Below are positions 59,313 through 64,000 of a DNA stretch of 64,000 nucleotides, piece after piece (position 1 is the stretch's first letter; the number at the start of each line of letters is the position of its first letter). The notes under the pieces are model-generated. The model saw only the letters and a list, made by a program, of their open reading frames with translations, did no database searches and was not told where the DNA came from. The position numbers were made by a program, and so were the translations under genes. This stretch comes from an uncultured bacterium (GTDB lineage: Bacteria > Zixibacteria > MSB-5A5 > GN15 > FEB-12), in the NCBI GenBank assembly GCA_965372795.1, contig CBDVDR010000004.1:32001-96000 (forward strand). Direction: 5' to 3'.

Positions 59313-59341
59313 AAAAAAAAGCAGGCGAAAGCCTGCTTTTT
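59313..59341. terminator. Intrinsic terminator between pdxS and pdxT
   Basis: AAAAGCAGGC-GAAA-GCCTGCTTTT. Confidence 0.85.
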
Positions 59342-59367
59342 AAGATATTCATTTTATGAAAATAGAT

Positions 59368-60252
59368 TTATCTGGTATGAAGAAGTTCTTCCTGATCTAT
59401 TGATGAGACCTGGATCCCTTTCATTGCCTGCCCCAATCCTCGTGAAGCCTCAACAATAATCCGGGCATCTTTCCAATGAGTAGTCGCACTAACAATAGCT
59501 TTAGCCCGTTTTTCAGGATTATCAGCTTTAAAAATACCCGACCCTACAAACACAGACTCGGCACCAAGTTCCATACACAAAGCGGCATCGGCCGGAGTGG
59601 CTACCCCGCCGGCGGCAAAATTCGGGACCGGAAGTTTACCGGTTTTTGCAACCATGCGAACCAAATCAATAGAAACCCGGTGTTCTTTTGCAATGCCATA
59701 CAATTCTTCATCAGACATAATCGTTAATTGTTTCATCATCGACCCAATTTCACGCAGGTGTTTAACAGCCTCAGAAACATCTCCGGTACCGGCTTCCCCT
59801 TTAGTGCGAATCATCGCCGCCCCTTCAGAGATTCTTCTAAGGGCTTCACCCAGATTTCGACACCCGCACACAAAAGGCACTTTGAAGGGCCATTTGTTAA
59901 CATGATACATATTATCAGCCGGAGTCAAAACTTCGGATTCATCTATAAAGTCGATTTCGAGTTGTTCGAGAACACGAGCTTCACTGATATGACCAATACG
60001 ACATTTTGCCATCACCGGAATAGTAACACATTTTTTAATGCCTTCAATAATATCAGGATCAGCCATGCGAGCTACTCCGCCTTCAGCACGAATATCGGAA
60101 GGAACTCTTTCAAGTGCCATAACAGCCACCGCACCGGCATCTTCAGCAATTTTAGATTGCTCAGGAGTAGTAACATCCATAATGACCCCGCCTTTGAGCA
60201 TTTCAGCTAAACCAACTTTTACTTTATGTTGTTTATCATTAAAATCGAACAT
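59368..60252 (-). CDS. pdxS: PLP synthase lyase subunit
   Basis: [37 protein letters not shown] before ATG at 60252. Confidence 0.98.
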   Translation of the reverse strand: MFDFNDKQHKVKVGLAEMLKGGVIMDVTTPEQSKIAEDAGAVAVMALERVPSDIRAEGGVARMADPDIIEGIKKCVTIPVMAKCRIGHISEARVLEQLEIDFIDESEVLTPADNMYHVNKWPFKVPFVCGCRNLGEALRRISEGAAMIRTKGEAGTGDVSEAVKHLREIGSMMKQLTIMSDEELYGIAKEHRVSIDLVRMVAKTGKLPVPNFAAGGVATPADAALCMELGAESVFVGSGIFKADNPEKRAKAIVSATTHWKDARIIVEASRGLGQAMKGIQVSSIDQEELLHTR

Positions 60253-60400
60253 AATTGACTCCTTTTTAAAGATCGATAATGCCATATAAAAAGAGATTCC
60301 TTACTCTAATCATACGAAATTTCAGAGGAGATAATATAATAAAAGAAGGGGCTTGAACACAAGCCCCTTAATTCATATTAGAGAAAATCTTTAGTAATAA

Positions 60401-60853
60401 TTACTTAGAAGATTTCTTTTTAGCGGTAGATTTAGTAACAGTTTTTTTTAGTGGGAGTTTATATTTCCCAAAATGCTCTTTTCCGAGCGCTTTTTTGAAT
60501 GATTTCTCCTGAGTTTCCCAGAATCCTTTAAGAGTACAGCATTTAAATTTATCACAACGACAGCCACCCTCTTCGGTGCATAAATTAAGATGAATAGGGC
60601 CATCAATAGCTTCGATAACATCCAAAAATGTAACTTCTTTAGGAGTTTTTGTTAAACGATAACCGCCAGTTACGCCTTGATAAGAAACAAGAATGCCGGC
60701 ACGGGTTAAATCTTTTAAGATTTTAGCCAAAAATTCGCGTGGAACAGACTCTGCTTCAGCTACGGAATTGATTGAGCCTAGTTTACCTTTTGGTAAATTA
60801 GACATATGCCTTACAGCACGAAGTGCATAATCAGATTTACGAGATAGTCTCAT
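60401..60853 (-). CDS. Rrf2 family regulator with Cys ligands (IscR/NsrR-like)
   Basis: DYALRA, FLAKIL, GVTGGY; LCTEEGGCRCDKFKCC. Confidence 0.93.
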   Translation of the reverse strand: MRLSRKSDYALRAVRHMSNLPKGKLGSINSVAEAESVPREFLAKILKDLTRAGILVSYQGVTGGYRLTKTPKEVTFLDVIEAIDGPIHLNLCTEEGGCRCDKFKCCTLKGFWETQEKSFKKALGKEHFGKYKLPLKKTVTKSTAKKKSSK

Positions 60854-60925
60854 TTAAATATCCTTCCAAAAATAATAATGTTTATTGTCGATTTATAAGT
60901 CAATTCTTCCACTTTCAAGTTTTAG

Positions 60926-60958
60926 ATTATACGTAAAAAGACTCATGTTGTCCACAAA
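60926..60958 (-). promoter_or_regulatory. sigma70 promoter of the Rrf2 gene overlapped by an IscR-like GAC-N7-GTC operator
   Basis: TGGACA-N17-TATAAT on the minus strand; TAAAAAGACTCATGTTGTCCACAAA at 60934-60958. Confidence 0.6.
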
Positions 60959-61193
60959 AATTATTAAGATTCTTTCTTTTTTTATCTATTTTAACTCTAT
61001 TTGTCATGGAATTGTCATTTTCTGACCGGGAAGTTTCATTTACCCGCTCTTATTGAATACTATTCATTGAAAACTAAAACAATTTTATAATTTTTTTGTT
61101 CCAACAAACTATTAGGGGGAACATTCTCTTATTTCTATATGTTAGTTTTTTGAATAAGAAATTATCCGTTGATTTAAACAGGAGAAGAATAAA

Positions 61194-61553
61194 ATGACTG
61201 AACAAACTAAAGTTGGAAATACTACAGATATAGTTGAACTTACCCCTTCTGCTATAGAAGAGGTTAAACGCCTGATAACACTTGAAAAAGAAGATAATTT
61301 GTATCTTCGCCTGGGTGTTGCCGCCGGCGGATGTTCCGGGATGTCATATACGATGGCTTTTGATTCTAATAAAAACCAATTTGATCGTGAATTCGATTAT
61401 GACGGTGTAAAAGTTATTGTTGAGCTTCGAGAACTTCGCCATTTATCCGGCACTGTTTTAGATTATAAAGGCGGCATGCTGGGTGGCGGATTTGAATTTC
61501 AAAATCCGAATGCCAAACGTTCTTGCGGATGCGGCTCGTCTTTTAGCAGCTAG
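61194..61553 (+). CDS. iscA: A-type Fe-S carrier (IscA/ErpA/HesB)
   Basis: GGCSGMSY and CGCGSSF. Confidence 0.95.
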   Translation: MTEQTKVGNTTDIVELTPSAIEEVKRLITLEKEDNLYLRLGVAAGGCSGMSYTMAFDSNKNQFDREFDYDGVKVIVELRELRHLSGTVLDYKGGMLGGGFEFQNPNAKRSCGCGSSFSS

Positions 61554-61555
61554 AT

Positions 61556-61801
61556 ATGACTTATAATATAATTGACCCGATTGATTTCTTTGAAGATGGT
61601 GTCTTTTCTGAAGATGGGTTTTTAAAAAAGGCTTCAGAGTACGACTGGGCAAAATTTACCGGAAAAAAAATTCTTGTTAGAGGTTGTTCTACCGTTGTTC
61701 CTCCCTGGGTTTATATGTATATTACCTCAAAACTGGTTTCAAAGGCAAAAACAATCAGGTATGGAAATGAGCATGACAATATTGTTGTTCACCGATCCTG
61801 A
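61556..61801 (+). CDS. Short DUF2480-like protein
   Basis: F..G...E..F...YDW..F....V.GCS..VPPWVYM pattern. Confidence 0.75.
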   Translation: MTYNIIDPIDFFEDGVFSEDGFLKKASEYDWAKFTGKKILVRGCSTVVPPWVYMYITSKLVSKAKTIRYGNEHDNIVVHRS

Positions 61802-61857
61802 AACTGCTTAACCAGAGAATCATAGTTTTACTGATTATTTAAGAGAGGAAATTATAT

Positions 61858-62178
61858 ATGCCGAAAGTTCTGTTTTTACCGGAAGAAAAAGAAGTTGAAG
61901 TAGCCGAAGGCACTCCAATTTTGGATGCCGCTTTAGAAAATAATATCCATATCAACCATAATTGTGGTGGAAATTGTGCCTGCTCTACCTGTCATATTAT
62001 TGTCGAATCCGGTTTTAAGAGCCTTAATGAAGTTACCGAAGATGAAGAAGACATGCTTGATGAAGCCGAAGAATTGACCGACACTTCCAGATTAGCCTGT
62101 CAGGCTTTAGTAACAAAAGATCTTATCGTAAGAATTCCAGAAACAGTCTCTGTTTTTGATGATGATGATGAATTCTAA
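61858..62178 (+). CDS. fdx: ISC-type 2Fe-2S ferredoxin
   Basis: CGGNCACSTCH and RLAC. Confidence 0.95.
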   Translation: MPKVLFLPEEKEVEVAEGTPILDAALENNIHINHNCGGNCACSTCHIIVESGFKSLNEVTEDEEDMLDEAEELTDTSRLACQALVTKDLIVRIPETVSVFDDDDEF

Positions 62179-62198
62179 AGAGTATCAATAAACTACCT

Positions 62199-62224
62199 AA
62201 AGCCGGCTTTCAGCCGGTTTTTTT
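62199..62224 (+). terminator. Intrinsic terminator after fdx
   Basis: AAGCCGGCT-TTC-AGCCGGTTTTTT. Confidence 0.85.
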
Positions 62225-62238
62225 ATGTCTCATTCTCC

Positions 62239-62265
62239 TTAACCGATTGTTAATAATGCCGATAA
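62239..62265 (+). promoter_or_regulatory. sigma28-type promoter upstream of the prepilin-like genes
   Basis: TTAA-N15-GCCGATAA. Confidence 0.65.
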
Positions 62266-62300
62266 ATCAAGGATAAGGGATGATTTATGGAGTTTTGGGA

Positions 62301-63050
62301 ATGAAACAAATAAACACAAATGGATATACATTGATTGAGATGATTCTTGTAATCATTATTTTATCAATAATTTCTTCAGTTGCCATAAAATCATTAAATA
62401 AATCAACAGAAACCGCTCGAGTAGAAGAGACTAAAAAAGAACTTATACAACTGGCTAATTCAATCAGAGGCAACCCTTCTGAGTTGTCAGGTGGTAAAAG
62501 AATTGATTTTGGTTATATTGGCGATATCGGAGCCCTGCCCAATAATTTAGATAACTTGGTTCAGGACCCCGGTCTGGGAAACTGGTCAGGACCTTATCTT
62601 CATGATAATTTTTATAATTCATCAGGAGCGATAGATTCTGAATTTAAAATTGATGGCTGGGGAAAATTGTATTCCTACAGTGGGGGAAACTTTATTTCAT
62701 CCTCCGGAAATGGGAGCGATATTACAGTTAACCTTGCAAATTCAGTTACAGACCTTCTTTATAATTCAGTCAGTTTTGTAATCACTGATATTAAATCATC
62801 ACCTCCGGGCTTAATATATAAAGATTCGGTTAGTTTTAATTTAACCATCCCTTCCGGTGCCGGAGGATGGACAACCATGCTCCGCTTCCCAACCGATGAT
62901 GGGATGGTACAATTTGATTCAATCCCAATCGGGATTCAAAATCTACAAATTGTATATTATCCAACGGCTGACACACTAATAAGAAAAATTCATGTTAATC
63001 CGGGCAGTTCGGTTTATATGGAAATTAGTTTAAACGAAGAGCTTTGGTAA
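62301..63050 (+). CDS. Prepilin/pseudopilin (GspG-like) with C-terminal beta domain
   Basis: Class III signal G|YTLIE; WSGPYL and DGWGKLYSY. Confidence 0.88.
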   Translation: MKQINTNGYTLIEMILVIIILSIISSVAIKSLNKSTETARVEETKKELIQLANSIRGNPSELSGGKRIDFGYIGDIGALPNNLDNLVQDPGLGNWSGPYLHDNFYNSSGAIDSEFKIDGWGKLYSYSGGNFISSSGNGSDITVNLANSVTDLLYNSVSFVITDIKSSPPGLIYKDSVSFNLTIPSGAGGWTTMLRFPTDDGMVQFDSIPIGIQNLQIVYYPTADTLIRKIHVNPGSSVYMEISLNEELW

Positions 63051-64000
63051 TGTTAAAAAAAATAAACAAAAACCAAGGCTTTAGCTTAATCGAACTACTT
63101 ATGGTTATAATTGTTGCTGGAATTTTAATGTCTATGGCGATGCAGTCAATGACTGCTTTGATGTCTGATGCCCGAAAAATTAAGACAGAGCAAGAACTCG
63201 AGATGCTTGCCGATGCTATAATCGGTAAACCTGAGATAATGACCAATGGCATCCGATCTGATTTTGGATATGTCGGCGATATTGGCTCCTTCCCGGTTAA
63301 TCTTGATGGATTATATCAGAACCCCGGTTATGCAACCTGGGATGGTCCTTATATTGAAAACAAATTTCAAGAGGATCTAACCGGATTTAAAACCGATGAA
63401 TGGGGCACTGCTTATTCATATTCTGGTGGAACAACTATCAGTTCAACTGGAAGCGGCTCAACGATTACAAAAATAATAACCAATGCGACCACAGATTATT
63501 TATATAATACGCTCAATGGGTCGATCAAAGATGCCAATGACTCTCTACCGGGATCAATTTATAAAGATTCTGTTGATATTAAAATTACAATTCCTAATGG
63601 AGCAGGCGGTTTACTCAATAAAACTTATCATCTTGATGCTCTGGGAAATTTCACTTTAGATTCACTCCCGGTTGGAAAACATCCTTTGAAAATTATTTAC
63701 ACCCCCAATGTAGATACTTTAAAAAGGTATGTTACTATTTTGCCTCGGCATAAAAACTATCATATGTACAGGTTTTCCTCCGCTTACTTTGGCAGCTCGC
63801 CAACTACCACTGACACCATGGTTCTTCGCCCTGATGGAGACGGATCACTTAATAATCTAACAACGTACAATTGTGCGAGTAATTTTGAATGTGTCGACGA
63901 AATTACACCGGATGAAGATAATAGTTATGTGATAAGAGCATCAGCTAACATTGCATCTGAAACCTATAGCTGTGAAAATCCATCCGGTACACCCGGAACC
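63050..64000 (+). CDS. Second prepilin/pseudopilin paralog, truncated by the window edge
   Basis: Not in the ORF track. TAATG overlap with the previous gene; MLKKINKNQG|FSLIELLMV..FGYVGDIG..WDGPYI..DEWG. Confidence 0.88.
   Translation, partial: MLKKINKNQGFSLIELLMVIIVAGILMSMAMQSMTALMSDARKIKTEQELEMLADAIIGKPEIMTNGIRSDFGYVGDIGSFPVNLDGLYQNPGYATWDGPYIENKFQEDLTGFKTDEWGTAYSYSGGTTISSTGSGSTITKIITNATTDYLYNTLNGSIKDANDSLPGSIYKDSVDIKITIPNGAGGLLNKTYHLDALGNFTLDSLPVGKHPLKIIYTPNVDTLKRYVTILPRHKNYHMYRFSSAYFGSSPTTTDTMVLRPDGDGSLNNLTTYNCASNFECVDEITPDEDNSYVIRASANIASETYSCENPSGTPGT

Noticed and set aside
239..63252. Many short antisense or alternate-frame ORFs in the track (e.g. 59728-60210, 36473-36871, 9541-9912, 7637-7858)
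   Set aside because: They overlap well-supported genes and show no recognisable domains; treated as shadow ORFs.
1..64000. tRNA, rRNA, known riboswitches, transposases or prophage genes
   Set aside because: None was recognisable by eye; an Rfam or tRNAscan run would be needed to exclude divergent RNAs.

Overview
AT-rich bacterial chromosomal segment of mostly core genes, nearly all on the minus strand; gene content suggests an FCB-related diderm such as Zixibacteria (inference only). 1-17.5 kb is a flagellar cluster transcribed motE-like, fliK, flgD, TIGR02530-like, flgE, flbD, fliL, fliM, fliN, fliO, fliP, fliQ, fliR, flhB, flhA, flhF, flhG, fliA and two hypotheticals; motAB are absent. Then come mtaB, cmk-plsC-rpsA, an ECF/anti-sigma/PspC/LiaF-like stress module, holA, an rnr-sigma54 activator-outer membrane/lamin-tail-dGTPase operon, a second ECF/anti-sigma/Spy-CpxP module, mreB, maeB, an M23-rhomboid operon, ppiD, ETF-QO, lipA-ispH-ccmF, pdxST, an Rrf2/iscA/DUF2480/ferredoxin Fe-S locus and two prepilin-like genes. 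No rRNA, tRNA, CRISPR array or mobile element was seen. The best unexplained signals are: three sigma54-type promoters sharing a 25-bp motif, two of them also sharing paired 13-bp enhancer-like sites; a sigma54-driven RNase H-fold protein with substituted catalytic residues; a structured RNA between the TIGR02530-like gene and flgE; co-degenerate FlhF/FlhG; a 12-bp VNTR in FliK; a remote IscU-fold protein; sigma28 promoters before the prepilins and mreB; leaderless genes; and an anti-SD-bearing 3'UTR behind a CpxP-like gene. All calls are by eye; no searches were run.
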